64,000 nucleotides of DNA. Origin: Bacteroidales bacterium (GTDB taxonomy: Bacteria > Bacteroidota > Bacteroidia > Bacteroidales > NBLH01). A model generated the notes under the pieces. That model saw nothing but the letters and a program-made list of their open reading frames with translations, did no database searches and had not been told where the DNA came from. Shown one piece after another: positions 17,880-28,472 of this stretch. The position numbers were made by a program, and so were the translations under genes. Each line of letters starts with the position of its first letter. Within the stretch, counting starts at the first letter, position 1. The stretch covers positions 45,654 to 109,653 of the forward strand of contig JBNKRJ010000019.1 in the NCBI GenBank assembly GCA_050296515.1, in the 5' to 3' direction.

Positions 17880-20532
17880 GCAAATAATTTTCGTTAAAGA
17901 ACTTAACATACTTGCTTTCATCTTTATTTTTAAGGAAATTTCCATAATTGCCAGCAGAAATTACAAAATGATTTGGCACAAGGTGTCTGATATCATTCAA
18001 AACGGCATTAATAATTATTAATTGATAATATTCCTTTGCTTTTTCAGCATTTTTAAATGACCTTACAACCAGCATGTCTCTTGCCGTATCAAGAGATACG
18101 ACTTCAACCTGGAGATCTTCCTGTGTATAGTGCTCAAGATTTAATGATTTGTATTTGAACTGTAATTTATTAAGATCTGTCTTTCCGTGAGGGAAAATAA
18201 GAACATAATAATGAGGGGTTTCTGATTCTAGTGTGTATAAATCAGCTTCGTATTTTTTGGCATCCATTGCCTTTAATGTTTCCCTTGCGGTTTCTGAAAC
18301 TTCAGCATCAGGATATTTTAATACCAATAACTCAAGATTGTTTTTTAATTCTGTTTTGTTCCCAATTTCACCATATGAAACAGCTGTGAGATAGATAAAG
18401 TTTGGAGCCAGACCATTATTAGCATAGTCATTTACTCCTTGCTTGGCAATATTTATTGTTTCCTGATAGTTCTTATTTTTATAATTTTTATATGCTTCCT
18501 CATAAACCTTTTCAGCCTGTTTTTCATCTTCTATAAGTTTTGCAACATAAGCAGGATCCTTCAAGGTTTTCGCATATACACTCTCAGGGAATTCACTAAT
18601 AATCATAGACTTGTAATTTTCCGCTTTGGTGTAGTTCAAATCTTTCGCATGAATAGTATAAAGCAAATAAAGGGCTTCTAAACGATACTCGCTATCAGGA
18701 AATTCATTTAATAACTTTTCAAGCTGAGTAATTGCTTTCTCTGATTCATTCAATTCCTTGTAATAAATGGTCCCTGCTTTGAAATGAGCTTCTTCAATTT
18801 TCTTATTTGAGGCGGCCAATTTCTTGTCAGTTAAAGGTAAGTCTTGAAGATAATATTCTCTTGATTTTATGTTAGTTACCTTAGCTTCTTCAGTATTCAG
18901 ACTATCGTTTTCGTTATTCTCAGTATTTTCAGTAAGTTCAGCATTTTCTTCGGCTACTATCTGTTTATTACTTCTGCGCCAATTATCAGCCAGCCTCCTA
19001 TCTCCCCATCTTTTTTTAAACTCTGTCATTCCTAAACTTACAGTTGAAGGATTATAAAAGTAATATTTTCCTCCCTGCATTGGGTTAGTAGTTCTTTGAG
19101 GATCAATATCCTGAAATGGATCAAGCCCGGTATTTGCGTTATTTTCTAATTGTCTTTGTCTGTCCTCTTCTTTTACAATTTTTTGAATAATTCCATCAAT
19201 AATCTTGTTTCGATCCTTTTCAGGCATTCTGGCAACAAATTGCAAACTATCTTCAACGGTGATAATATTTAAGTTATGTGTAAGTGCCTGCCTGGTTTTT
19301 ATTTGAGGATATAATCTGTCGTAATCCGGGAATTTACTGTCGATTGAACTTGAGGTACTATCATAATAGGCCTCAGCTAGTTGATAGTTATTTCCACCAT
19401 AATAATAATCTGCCAGCGCCAAATAGGTTTTTACCTTTTGTGTTTTATTTGACGAAGATGCCTGGGCTGAAAGTGTAAAATATTCAATAGCTTTTTCGCT
19501 GTTTTTTTCATTGAGCTCTATTTTGCCTAATGCATAATAAATTTGATCAAGATAATCTATATTTTTATCATCATTAGCCATTTTTTTCAACTGCTTTTTT
19601 AAATCCTTAGCATTTCCACCACTCTTTTCAAAAATCTCAGCTAAATGAATTTTTGCCATAAAAGTCATATCGTAATTAGGATTACGCTTTATGACCAATC
19701 TATAATATTCCTCTGCAAGATTATATTTTTCATTAAACTGATAGATTTGAGCTAAAATAAATAGCTCTCTTTTCTTTTCTTTTTTGTTTCTCTCATTTTC
19801 GATAGCCTTTCTTAGTTGGTTTGCGGCTTCGGTATAATTCTTTTGCTTCATCAGCATTGACGCATTTAATAAACCCATCTGAAGAGCATACTCTCTGTCA
19901 TATCTTTTAACTTTTCTTAGATCAATAAGCACATTATCAGCGTTTTTAAACTCTCCAATTTCTGAATAAGTTTTCGCAAGCCAAAGCATGGCCTCATACT
20001 TAGAGTCATCACTTTTATATTTATTAATTACCAATAGAAAAGTTTGCAATGCAGTTTCAAATTCTCGCTTATAAAAATGGGCTTTGCCCATTAATAAATA
20101 GGCATTATCAATCCATTTACAGTACTCGGCCTGCGACATAAAAGCTTGCTCTTCGCGACTTAAGCTTTTTTTATCAACCTTTGGTTTTGTTGTAATGGAA
20201 TGCACCTTTATTGTTTTCGCACATTTCTTAATTGTTCTGTCCATTTCAGAAGCAACTAATGAAGCAACAGCCTCGTCTTCATATCTAAAGACAGGCAGAA
20301 TTCTTGAATAGTCCTCCTGATATGTTTTTTTTAGCTTTAATCGGCCAGATTTTAAACTTTCATTTCCATTGAAATAGACATTATAATGTGCTGTAAGGTT
20401 ATGATAAGCTCTTGTTGATCGTGTATTCTTTTTTGTAGAACATGCCAGAGGTAGCAATGACAGTAACAAAATTGCTAATACAAAGCTTAGACAATTTTTG
20501 AAATAGAAATTATTTTTTAGCACTGGTTTCAA
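17872..20532 (-). CDS. TPR-repeat lipoprotein, probable T9SS/gliding component PorW/SprE
   Basis: 886 aa. Lipobox LLPLACS followed by TRAYHNLTAHYNVYFNG, which I remember as the PorW/SprE N-terminal signature. Multiple TPR units. The 3' end overlaps purN by 8 nt (convergent). Confidence 0.6.
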   Translation of the reverse strand: MKPVLKNNFYFKNCLSFVLAILLLSLLPLACSTKKNTRSTRAYHNLTAHYNVYFNGNESLKSGRLKLKKTYQEDYSRILPVFRYEDEAVASLVASEMDRTIKKCAKTIKVHSITTKPKVDKKSLSREEQAFMSQAEYCKWIDNAYLLMGKAHFYKREFETALQTFLLVINKYKSDDSKYEAMLWLAKTYSEIGEFKNADNVLIDLRKVKRYDREYALQMGLLNASMLMKQKNYTEAANQLRKAIENERNKKEKKRELFILAQIYQFNEKYNLAEEYYRLVIKRNPNYDMTFMAKIHLAEIFEKSGGNAKDLKKQLKKMANDDKNIDYLDQIYYALGKIELNEKNSEKAIEYFTLSAQASSSNKTQKVKTYLALADYYYGGNNYQLAEAYYDSTSSSIDSKFPDYDRLYPQIKTRQALTHNLNIITVEDSLQFVARMPEKDRNKIIDGIIQKIVKEEDRQRQLENNANTGLDPFQDIDPQRTTNPMQGGKYYFYNPSTVSLGMTEFKKRWGDRRLADNWRRSNKQIVAEENAELTENTENNENDSLNTEEAKVTNIKSREYYLQDLPLTDKKLAASNKKIEEAHFKAGTIYYKELNESEKAITQLEKLLNEFPDSEYRLEALYLLYTIHAKDLNYTKAENYKSMIISEFPESVYAKTLKDPAYVAKLIEDEKQAEKVYEEAYKNYKNKNYQETINIAKQGVNDYANNGLAPNFIYLTAVSYGEIGNKTELKNNLELLVLKYPDAEVSETARETLKAMDAKKYEADLYTLESETPHYYVLIFPHGKTDLNKLQFKYKSLNLEHYTQEDLQVEVVSLDTARDMLVVRSFKNAEKAKEYYQLIIINAVLNDIRHLVPNHFVISAGNYGNFLKNKDESKYVKFFNENYLLN

Positions 20533-20756
20533 AACGGTTTAATAGGTTAAAATTTGAACAAAAATATAAAAAACAATAAGTTATCGGTAAAAAATAAAAA
20601 TGGAAAACCTAATATTAATAACGATAAAAAAACCGTTTAAGGTATTAGCGAGCAACAAAAGTTATTAAGTAAAGATTAAAACAGAATATTTACCAGATTT
20701 TTAGGTATTTATCTCTAAAAAGTTGTGTTTTTTTTATCTGGCTAAGCTTAAAATAA

Positions 20757-20764
20757 TACTTTTG
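20757..20764 (+). promoter_or_regulatory. TAnnTTTG -7 box upstream of the sugar transferase gene
   Basis: TACTTTTG, 26 nt before the ATG at 20790. Confidence 0.4.
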
Positions 20765-20789
20765 CAACTCTGTCGTAAATTTGAGGATA

Positions 20790-22205
20790 ATGAACAAACC
20801 CGCCCACACAAGAAAATATCTACTTTTTGATTTTCTTAGCGCATGCATTGCATGGATAATTTTCAACTTTTTTCGGAAGGTCTTCATTGAATCTTCTGTA
20901 TATAGTACAAAAATTAAGCTTGAATATAGCTCAAACCTTGTTATTAGTACAATTTTAGTTGGTGCATTTTGGGTACTACTTTACTATTTCAGTGGCTACT
21001 ATTACAATATTTATAGGAAATCTCGCTTACAGGAATTTAGTCATACTATAGTTTTTTCGATTATTGGGGTAATTTTCTTGTTTTTTACGCTTTTGCTTGA
21101 TGATATAATTTCGAGTTACAAAGATTACTACTATTCATTTGCAACATTACTTTCTCTGCAGTTTGCTCTCACCTACATTCCTCGTAATATCCTAACTACG
21201 AGAACAATAAAGCAAATAAGAAATGGGAAAATAGGCTTTAAGACATTATTGATAGGAAGCAACGGCAAAGCATTAAAAATCCTTCGCTCTTTTACAGGAC
21301 ATAAAAGGTCAGCTGGCTATAAGTTTACCGGCTTTGTGAGCATATATGAAAATATTAGTGCAGAGTTAGAAAAATTTTGCAATAATATGGGTAGTTTTGA
21401 GCATATTGAAGCAATAATTGAAGACAATAATATTGAAGAGGTAATTATTGCAATTGAATCAAATGAACATAAAGAACTTGAAAAAATTATAACTCAACTA
21501 CAAAGGTGTAATGTTAATATAAAAACAATTCCCGATTTATTCGAAATTCTTATTGGACGAACAGAACTTTCACTTATTGAAGGAACTCCGTTATTACATA
21601 TTACCTCAGGATTAATGCCGGTTTGGGAAAAAAACTTTAAGCTTTTGTTTGATAAGATAGTTGCGATTCTTTTTTTAACTGTTTTTTCACCTTTATATCT
21701 TTTTACTGCCATTGGTGTGAAACTCTCTTCAAAAGGTCCTATTTTTTACAAACAGAAGAGAGTTGGATTACATGGAAAAGAGTTTTCAATTTATAAGTTT
21801 CGTTCAATGTTTAAGGATGCAGAAAAAAATGGCCCTGAGCTTTCGTCATCAACAGATCCGAGAATTACCAGGTTTGGAAATTTTATGCGAAAAACCAGAT
21901 TGGATGAAATACCTCAGTTTTTTAATGTTTTCAGGGGTGATATGTCCATTGTTGGTCCCAGGCCTGAAAGAAAATACTACATTGATCAAATTGTAGAAAT
22001 TGCTCCAGAATTCAGACTTCTTTTAAAAACAAAACCGGGAATAACTTCTTTGGGTCAAGTAAAGTTTGGATACGCCGAAAATGTAGAGCAAATGGTGCAA
22101 CGACTCAAATTTGATATCATTTACATTAAAAACATGTCGTTATATCTTGATTTTAAAATACTGACATTCACAATGTTGACCATACTAAAAAGAGATGGGA
22201 AATAA
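20790..22205 (+). CDS. Polyprenyl-phosphate glycosyl-1-phosphate transferase (WbaP/bacterial sugar transferase family)
   Basis: Four or more N-terminal TM helices. The C-terminal domain has GPIFYKQKRVGLHGKEFSIYKFRSM...DEIPQFFNVFRGDMSIVGPRP. The track ORF starts at a TTG (20781); I prefer the ATG at 20790. Confidence 0.85.
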   Translation: MNKPAHTRKYLLFDFLSACIAWIIFNFFRKVFIESSVYSTKIKLEYSSNLVISTILVGAFWVLLYYFSGYYYNIYRKSRLQEFSHTIVFSIIGVIFLFFTLLLDDIISSYKDYYYSFATLLSLQFALTYIPRNILTTRTIKQIRNGKIGFKTLLIGSNGKALKILRSFTGHKRSAGYKFTGFVSIYENISAELEKFCNNMGSFEHIEAIIEDNNIEEVIIAIESNEHKELEKIITQLQRCNVNIKTIPDLFEILIGRTELSLIEGTPLLHITSGLMPVWEKNFKLLFDKIVAILFLTVFSPLYLFTAIGVKLSSKGPIFYKQKRVGLHGKEFSIYKFRSMFKDAEKNGPELSSSTDPRITRFGNFMRKTRLDEIPQFFNVFRGDMSIVGPRPERKYYIDQIVEIAPEFRLLLKTKPGITSLGQVKFGYAENVEQMVQRLKFDIIYIKNMSLYLDFKILTFTMLTILKRDGK

Positions 22206-22252
22206 AATCATCTATAATTATTGAGTTTCAGATTTCATCTATTGAATTTTAA

Positions 22253-22260
22253 TAATTTTG
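22253..22260 (+). promoter_or_regulatory. TAnnTTTG -7 box upstream of the PLP enzyme gene
   Basis: TAATTTTG, 30 nt before the ATG at 22290. Confidence 0.4.
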
Positions 22261-22289
22261 ACAATCTGATTTTTTAATTAACCCAGGCT

Positions 22290-23228
22290 ATGATTAAATT
22301 TCAAGATATAAAAGAAGCTCACAAAAGAATTTTACCGCACATAAATAAAACACCTATACATACTTCCAGAAGTGTTAATCAGATACTTGGAGCAAATATT
22401 TTCTTGAAATGTGAAAACTTTCAAAAGGTTGGTGCTTTTAAATACAGAGGAGCAACAAATGCGATTCAGCTTTTAACCGATGAACAAAAAAGAAAAGGGG
22501 TTGCTACACATTCCTCAGGAAACCATGCAGCAGCCCTGGCATTGGCAGCCAAAATGGCTGATACAAACGCTTATGTAGTAATGCCTAAAACGGCTCCTCA
22601 AGTAAAAAAAGATGCTGTTAAATTCTACGGTGCTGAAATTACCTTTTGTGAACCTACACTTGAAGCCAGAGAAAGTACATTAAACGAAATTGTTGAAAAA
22701 AAAGGGGCAACATTTATCCACCCCTATAATCGCCCTGATATTATTGCAGGCCAAGGAACTGCCTGCCTTGAGCTGATTCAGGAAATCGAAAATCTTAATA
22801 TTGTAATGGCTCCTGTTGGAGGAGGAGGCTTATTAAGCGGTACAGCTATTGCCGCAAAAGGCTCATTATCAGGAATAGAAGTTTATGGTGCTGAACCAAA
22901 AATGGCAAATGATGCTTACTTATCCTTTACCAGAAAAGAACTTATCCCTCAACTAAATCCCAAAACAATTGCTGATGGCCTTTTGACTTCGCTTGGAGAT
23001 TTAACTTACAAGGTTATTTTATCAAAAGTTGACCAAATTTATACTGCAAGCGAAGAAGCAATTATTAAAGCAATGCAATTAATTTGGGAGCGGATGAAAA
23101 TCATTATTGAACCATCTTCGGCAGTTCCAATTGCAGCAATTTTGGAGCATAAAGATGCTTTTAAAGGAAAAAATGTTGGTATTATTATTTCAGGAGGGAA
23201 TGTAGATCTTCGTAATCTGCCATTTTAA
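22290..23228 (+). CDS. PLP-dependent serine/threonine dehydratase or serine racemase family enzyme
   Basis: 312 aa. PLP-lysine block ENFQKVGAFKYRGA, HSSGNHAAALA and GGGGLLSG loops. Confidence 0.85.
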   Translation: MIKFQDIKEAHKRILPHINKTPIHTSRSVNQILGANIFLKCENFQKVGAFKYRGATNAIQLLTDEQKRKGVATHSSGNHAAALALAAKMADTNAYVVMPKTAPQVKKDAVKFYGAEITFCEPTLEARESTLNEIVEKKGATFIHPYNRPDIIAGQGTACLELIQEIENLNIVMAPVGGGGLLSGTAIAAKGSLSGIEVYGAEPKMANDAYLSFTRKELIPQLNPKTIADGLLTSLGDLTYKVILSKVDQIYTASEEAIIKAMQLIWERMKIIIEPSSAVPIAAILEHKDAFKGKNVGIIISGGNVDLRNLPF

Positions 23229-23380
23229 TAAAACGAATTATATTGTCGATGCTGTTTTTTTTGAATAAATGTTAAGGACGATTTTTGAAATTATTGTGAG
23301 AAACCTATGTGTGATAATTATTTTGTCATATGGTTCAACTTACCAAATAAAATCACAATCAAGCAAGATAGACAGTCTTC

Positions 23381-24544
23381 TTAATGTTTGTAAAGAAACT
23401 TTTCCCCATTCAATTTTAAGGAACACAAAACGGGATAATGGTCTGAAAACTCAATGCGTGGTGTTCTATGATTAAATGAAAGCAGACCAGCAGAATGCAA
23501 CACAAAATCAATTCTGAAAGTAGAATACTTATTAATATAAGTACTACCAATTCCATTTCCTGATTCCTGAAATGTGTCCAACATCTTTTTAGTCAACCTC
23601 TTATAAACATAAGAAACTGGAGTATCATTAAAATCACCACAAATAATAACCGGGTATTCACAAGTTTCAATGTGTGCAGCTACAACATCTGCCTGTCTTG
23701 CTCTTTTGGTGTACCCTCTTTTTAATTTTGATAAGATACTTCTGATTCCTCTTACATTGATAGTATCTGTATTGTTTATGTTTTCAATTAAATGATAATC
23801 ATCGTATCCCAAATGAATGGATTCAAGATGAAGATTATATACTCTTACAGTATCTTTATCTATCAGTAAATCAGTATATATACAGAAATTTTCATCCTGC
23901 TTCAACTTGACTTTCCCTTTGCTTACAATCGGATAACTGGAAAAGGTAGCAATTCCGTAATTAAAGGTTTTATTGTCCCGTGTAGCGTAAGAAATATAAG
24001 CATTCTTTAATTTAGAGTTTACTTTGATGGAATCAGCCGTATTTTTCCCATTCAACTCGTCGGAATAAAACTCTTGCAAACAAACAATATCAGAACCTGT
24101 CTTTTTAATATAATTTATGGTTTTCATTCCCAGGTTCTTCTCTTTTGACCAGTTCCATCTGTTAAAAACACGAACATTATACGTTAGCACTTTTATATTC
24201 TGTTCATTATGCTCAAATACTTTTTTATTAAAGCTGATTTGAAAAAAACTTGTGAGAAAACTCCAGCCTATTAAAATAGCCAGTAATGATATTAACAATC
24301 TTTTTGACCTCATAAATGCCCAGAAAACAACAAAGAGCAGATTAGCAAATAACAAGAAGGAATAGATTAAACCTAAAAAGGCAAAACCATAAAAATCTAC
24401 CGGGCTAATATACGCAGATAAATATGAAAACAAGAGAGCAAATGCCGCCAAAAGATTAAGAGTAAGTATAATCCTTCGAAAATACTTTCTTATAATGGCA
24501 ACTAACTTCTTTAAAGGTTTATTTTTTTGTTTTAGTGTCGACAA
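23381..24544 (-). CDS. Membrane-anchored endonuclease/exonuclease/phosphatase (EEP) family protein
   Basis: 387 aa. About four N-terminal TM helices. EEP blocks LTYNVR, DIVCLQE, CGDFND and SDHYPV. Confidence 0.8.
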   Translation of the reverse strand: MSTLKQKNKPLKKLVAIIRKYFRRIILTLNLLAAFALLFSYLSAYISPVDFYGFAFLGLIYSFLLFANLLFVVFWAFMRSKRLLISLLAILIGWSFLTSFFQISFNKKVFEHNEQNIKVLTYNVRVFNRWNWSKEKNLGMKTINYIKKTGSDIVCLQEFYSDELNGKNTADSIKVNSKLKNAYISYATRDNKTFNYGIATFSSYPIVSKGKVKLKQDENFCIYTDLLIDKDTVRVYNLHLESIHLGYDDYHLIENINNTDTINVRGIRSILSKLKRGYTKRARQADVVAAHIETCEYPVIICGDFNDTPVSYVYKRLTKKMLDTFQESGNGIGSTYINKYSTFRIDFVLHSAGLLSFNHRTPRIEFSDHYPVLCSLKLNGEKFLYKH

Positions 24545-24547
24545 TGT

Positions 24548-25273
24548 TTATTTATACTTTATGGCTTCAGAATCGTTAAACTCTTCTGGTTCAATAAACG
24601 GATGTTCGTTATGAATCTTGTATTCAAGGTAATGAATTTTGTTTCCTTTAGCTAAAAACTGTTTTTCATAAAACGTTTGTATTCCGGTAACAGGCTCAGG
24701 AAGCGCTTCTTCATTATAAACATCTCTACTCATAAAGGTAATGAAAAATTTGTTTTCTTCGGCAAGCGCATAACTATATTCAAATAAAAGTCTGCTGTCG
24801 GTTTTTATGTGGATGATTCCATCATTTCGTAGGAAATTTATATACTTATTCAAAAAGTTGGCAGAACTCAGCCTTTTTTTAGCTCTTTTCGGTTGCGGAT
24901 CCGAAAAAGTCAGCCAAATTTCGCTTATTTCATCTTCAGCAAAATAAGAACCAATTATATCAATTGTACTCCTCACGAAAGCAACATTCTTCATGCTTTT
25001 TTCATAAGCTGTTTTTGCTCCACGCCAAAGTCGGGCACCTTTAATATCAATACCAATATAATTAACTTCAGGGTTTCTTTCAGCAAGACCAACAGTATAT
25101 TCCCCTTTCCCGCATCCTAACTCAAGCACAATCGGATTGCCATTATTAAAGTATTCACTTCCCCATTTTCCTTTTAATCGAAAATCCTTTTGATATACTT
25201 CTTTAAAACCGGGTTGAAAAACATGATTATACCCATCAATTTCCCGGAATCTTTTAAGCTTATCTTTCCCCAC
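24548..25273 (-). CDS. trmB: tRNA (guanine46-N7)-methyltransferase
   Basis: 241 aa. SAM motif LELGCGKGEYTVGLAERNP..IGIDIKG, and FSDPQPK. Confidence 0.9.
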   Translation of the reverse strand: MGKDKLKRFREIDGYNHVFQPGFKEVYQKDFRLKGKWGSEYFNNGNPIVLELGCGKGEYTVGLAERNPEVNYIGIDIKGARLWRGAKTAYEKSMKNVAFVRSTIDIIGSYFAEDEISEIWLTFSDPQPKRAKKRLSSANFLNKYINFLRNDGIIHIKTDSRLLFEYSYALAEENKFFITFMSRDVYNEEALPEPVTGIQTFYEKQFLAKGNKIHYLEYKIHNEHPFIEPEEFNDSEAIKYK

Positions 25274-25281
25274 TTTCTTAT

Positions 25282-25773
25282 TTAGTTTTTATTAATTTCT
25301 TCTAATATGATTCCTACTTTATTTATGCCTTTTAGTTCAAGGTCTCTCATTCCTTGCTGTATTTCAAAAGTATATTTACCAGCCTCAGGAAACCGAACGA
25401 AGTTCTTGAAATAAAACTTTTGATCATAATTATCTCCACTTTTATTTCCTATCCATTTGCCACTTTCTTCTGCCATAAGATACTGAAGAGTATCTTTCTG
25501 AGAATTCCCGTTGGGTGATATTGTTTTAATAAAAAACCAAATATTACTTTTTGGATAATCACCTGTATTAGAGACAGATAATATAACATTGTAACTTTGG
25601 CTGGTATCAGAAATTACAGGTTCGAAAATGGCTATCTTTTCACTACTCCATACTCCTCCAGGAATTTCAACTTCCGACTGATAAAAATAGCTTTTTGAAC
25701 AAGAGCTAATTATTAAAATAAGGATAAACGCAGAAGTAAATACTCCTGCATTTTTGATTCGATGATTTGCCAT
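25282..25773 (-). CDS. gldH: Gliding motility lipoprotein GldH
   Basis: 163 aa. Lipobox IISSCS. Size and the conserved holB-PSP1-gldH context are typical of Bacteroidota. Confidence 0.75.
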   Translation of the reverse strand: MANHRIKNAGVFTSAFILILIISSCSKSYFYQSEVEIPGGVWSSEKIAIFEPVISDTSQSYNVILSVSNTGDYPKSNIWFFIKTISPNGNSQKDTLQYLMAEESGKWIGNKSGDNYDQKFYFKNFVRFPEAGKYTFEIQQGMRDLELKGINKVGIILEEINKN

Positions 25774-25778
25774 TGGTT

Positions 25779-26969
25779 TCAGGATTCTTGTTTTGGACTA
25801 CTTTTTGGACTACTTTTTTGAGATCTATTCCCTTTTACAACAGGTCCCTGTCCTTCCCTCCTTCGCGGTTTTCTTTTCTTACGCCTTTTGTTTGAGTCAT
25901 TCTTTTTTAGGTTTTTTAAGTTCTTGTCTAAATCTTCAAAGCCTAAAATATCATTCAATTGATGATCGTTGTTCTCAGCCAAATGCTCAACAACAACACC
26001 CTTTTTGTTAAGTTCAATTATTGCTTTTACCCTCTCAACATCAACTGGAGTTAAATTAACCGCCGCATGCTCATCAAAAGAATACCACATCATTCTTTTA
26101 TAGATATCTGTTTTTTGGTGATAAGCCTTCCCTGTTTTTGTTTCTAAAACAATATTTGTATTGGGGAAATCACTTTGAGCATCAATATATGAATCGTATT
26201 CGTAGTTAAGACAGCATTTTAATTTACCACATTGTCCTGCCAGTTTCTGTGGGTTAAGAGAAAGTTCCTGAACCTTAGCAGAAACAGTAGTGACTGAAAC
26301 AAAATTAGTAATCCAGGTAGAGCAGCAAAGTTCCCTTCCACAAGAGCCAATACCACCAATTCGTCCTGCTTCCTGCCGGGCACCAATTTGCTTCATTTCA
26401 ATTCTTATCTTGAATTGCTCAGCAAATACTTTTATCAGCTCTCTGAAATCAACACGCTCATCAGCAATATAATAGAAGATAGCTTTGGTTCCATCACCCT
26501 GAAACTCAACATCTCCAATTTTCATATCAAGCTTCAGATCTTCTGCTATTTGCCTGGCTCTTAGCATAGTATAGGGTTCTCTTGCGATGGAGCTTTTCCA
26601 TTTTTCAACATCTGCAGGTTTCGCTTTTCGGTATATTTTCTTAAACTCAATATCTGGTGATACTCTATATTTATTTAATTGAGCATAAACAAGTTGGCCT
26701 GTTAAAGAAACTGTTCCAATATCATGGCCTGGAGAAGCTTCAACAGCAACAACATCACCAATTTTTAAGTTCAGTCCGTTGACGTTTTTATAAAAATCTT
26801 TTCGTGTATTTTTAAACCTAATTTCAACAATATCTGTTGCTAATGCTCCTTCAGGAACATCATGCAACCAATCGTATACTTTTAGCTTGCTGCACATCCG
26901 CGTAGAACAATTACCCGAATCGTCATCAAGTGTATTACATCCTCTTGTGTAATCTATATCGCATGCCAT
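25779..26969 (-). CDS. PSP1 domain protein (RicT/YaaT-like) with a Lys/Arg-rich C-terminal tail
   Basis: 396 aa. Cys-rich PSP1 core (CGRELCCSTW, GQCGKLKCCLNYE). Tail reads KKNDSNKRRKKRKPRRREG. Confidence 0.85.
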   Translation of the reverse strand: MACDIDYTRGCNTLDDDSGNCSTRMCSKLKVYDWLHDVPEGALATDIVEIRFKNTRKDFYKNVNGLNLKIGDVVAVEASPGHDIGTVSLTGQLVYAQLNKYRVSPDIEFKKIYRKAKPADVEKWKSSIAREPYTMLRARQIAEDLKLDMKIGDVEFQGDGTKAIFYYIADERVDFRELIKVFAEQFKIRIEMKQIGARQEAGRIGGIGSCGRELCCSTWITNFVSVTTVSAKVQELSLNPQKLAGQCGKLKCCLNYEYDSYIDAQSDFPNTNIVLETKTGKAYHQKTDIYKRMMWYSFDEHAAVNLTPVDVERVKAIIELNKKGVVVEHLAENNDHQLNDILGFEDLDKNLKNLKKNDSNKRRKKRKPRRREGQGPVVKGNRSQKSSPKSSPKQES

Positions 26970-27008
26970 TTTTTCGTCTTTTAATCCATTTCTTGGAGCT
27001 TAAACCTC

Positions 27009-28151
27009 CTAAGCTGCTTTTACACGCAGCAATTTTACCAACTTCAATGCAAGATCTAAAAAGATGATCTTGCCTGTCCCATTTCTTTCAATATGTTTGT
27101 ACGCCAGGTTAAATTCTTGTGAGATACCTGTAATATTATTTGCGTGGATAAAGTTAAAAAATTTTGACGAAAAACCTTTTTCTTCATCATTAAGTCCGTT
27201 TAAATCAGTTAAATCGCCATTCATCGAATTTAATATATAGTTTTCCCGAAACATTCTTAGCGCATAGCTAATAAAATTCTTTTGGCGCTCCCTGCTTAAT
27301 TTACAAATCTCATCAACCCATGAAGTTACTTCTATCACTTTTGCACCATAACACAATCGCATAATCTCAACATACATCTTGAAATTATACTTCTCAATCT
27401 CACCAGCTTGAAGTAAATCAAGTGCTTTAAATAGGCTACCATTCGAAATTTTAGCAATATAATTCGCTTTTTCTTTCTCAAGTTTATGTGTCCAAATCAA
27501 GTGCTGAGTTAAACTTTCATCATCAATTCTTGGAATTTTTATAAACTGAGAACGGGAACGAATGGTATTAATAATTTGCTCAGGAAAATCAGATACCAAT
27601 AAAAACAATGTTTTTGAAGGAGGTTCTTCAATCATTTTCAGTAATTTATTTGCCGATGCCGGGTTCATTTTTTCCGGCAACCAAATAATCATAATTTTAT
27701 ACTCAGCTTCAAATGTTTTTAGGCTTAATTTTCTGATAATCTCACTGCTTTCGTGAGCAAAAATCCCAGCCTGAGAATTTTCGTTCCCCATTTTCTCAAG
27801 CCAGATATTTAAATTTAGTTTATCGTTATTCAACAAAAAGTCACGCCATTCACTAATAAAATTATCACTAACCGGTTTATCAAACTTCTTTGTTCTTACA
27901 ACGGGGTAAACAAAATGTAAATCGGGGTGAATAAGCTTTTCATATTTTTTGCACGAGGGACAAACTCCACAAGAATCTTTTTCTGTTCGTTGGGTACATG
28001 AAATGTACTGTGCATAGGCTATTGCCAATTGCAATTTACCAGTGCCTTCAGGGCCATTTAATAATTGAGCATGACTTATCCTGTTTTTTTGAACAGTTTG
28101 TATAAATCGCTCAATTACATCCCTTTGTCCTATAATCTTTTTAAACTGCAT
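27009..28151 (-). CDS. holB: DNA polymerase III subunit delta prime
   Basis: 380 aa. AAA+ clamp-loader blocks GPEGTGKLQLA, a zinc module CGVCPSCKK, and SRSQ. Confidence 0.85.
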   Translation of the reverse strand: MQFKKIIGQRDVIERFIQTVQKNRISHAQLLNGPEGTGKLQLAIAYAQYISCTQRTEKDSCGVCPSCKKYEKLIHPDLHFVYPVVRTKKFDKPVSDNFISEWRDFLLNNDKLNLNIWLEKMGNENSQAGIFAHESSEIIRKLSLKTFEAEYKIMIIWLPEKMNPASANKLLKMIEEPPSKTLFLLVSDFPEQIINTIRSRSQFIKIPRIDDESLTQHLIWTHKLEKEKANYIAKISNGSLFKALDLLQAGEIEKYNFKMYVEIMRLCYGAKVIEVTSWVDEICKLSRERQKNFISYALRMFRENYILNSMNGDLTDLNGLNDEEKGFSSKFFNFIHANNITGISQEFNLAYKHIERNGTGKIIFLDLALKLVKLLRVKAA

Positions 28152-28425
28152 TCTCCTAACCCTAATTTAAACCGCGCCACAAAAATATAAAAAACCTGCA
28201 ATTTTTGATTTTGGGAACAATCCTACCTGGAATAATTTGCTTACAATAATAAAAGTTTATAGCAGATAATTTTAGAAAGAATCATTGAAGGACATTGCCG
28301 ATCGTAATAAATATTCAGATCTTAACTGCTTAAGTTTCAATTGCTGAAAAAAAGAAATTGCAACTTATTTGTTTATTCTTTTGTTAAATTAAAAGATTAT
28401 CAAACCTTATATCACAATTATTTCT

Positions 28426-28433
28426 TAATTTTG
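28426..28433 (+). promoter_or_regulatory. TAnnTTTG -7 box upstream of pgk
   Basis: TAATTTTG, 40 nt before the ATG at 28473. Confidence 0.4.
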
Positions 28434-28472
28434 GACAACTTTTAGAATATTAATATTAATCTATTTTTTATC

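Noticed and set aside
20532-20638. 9-bp inverted repeat aaacggttt / aaaccgttt, 89 nt apart, at the start of the porW/sprE-like gene
   Set aside because: The repeat is short, AT-rich and has a very long loop. It is easily a chance match, and I have no supporting context.
23269-23475. 68-aa ORF in the convergent spacer after the PLP enzyme gene
   Set aside because: It overlaps the 3' end of the EEP gene on the other strand. It has no promoter box and no recognisable features.
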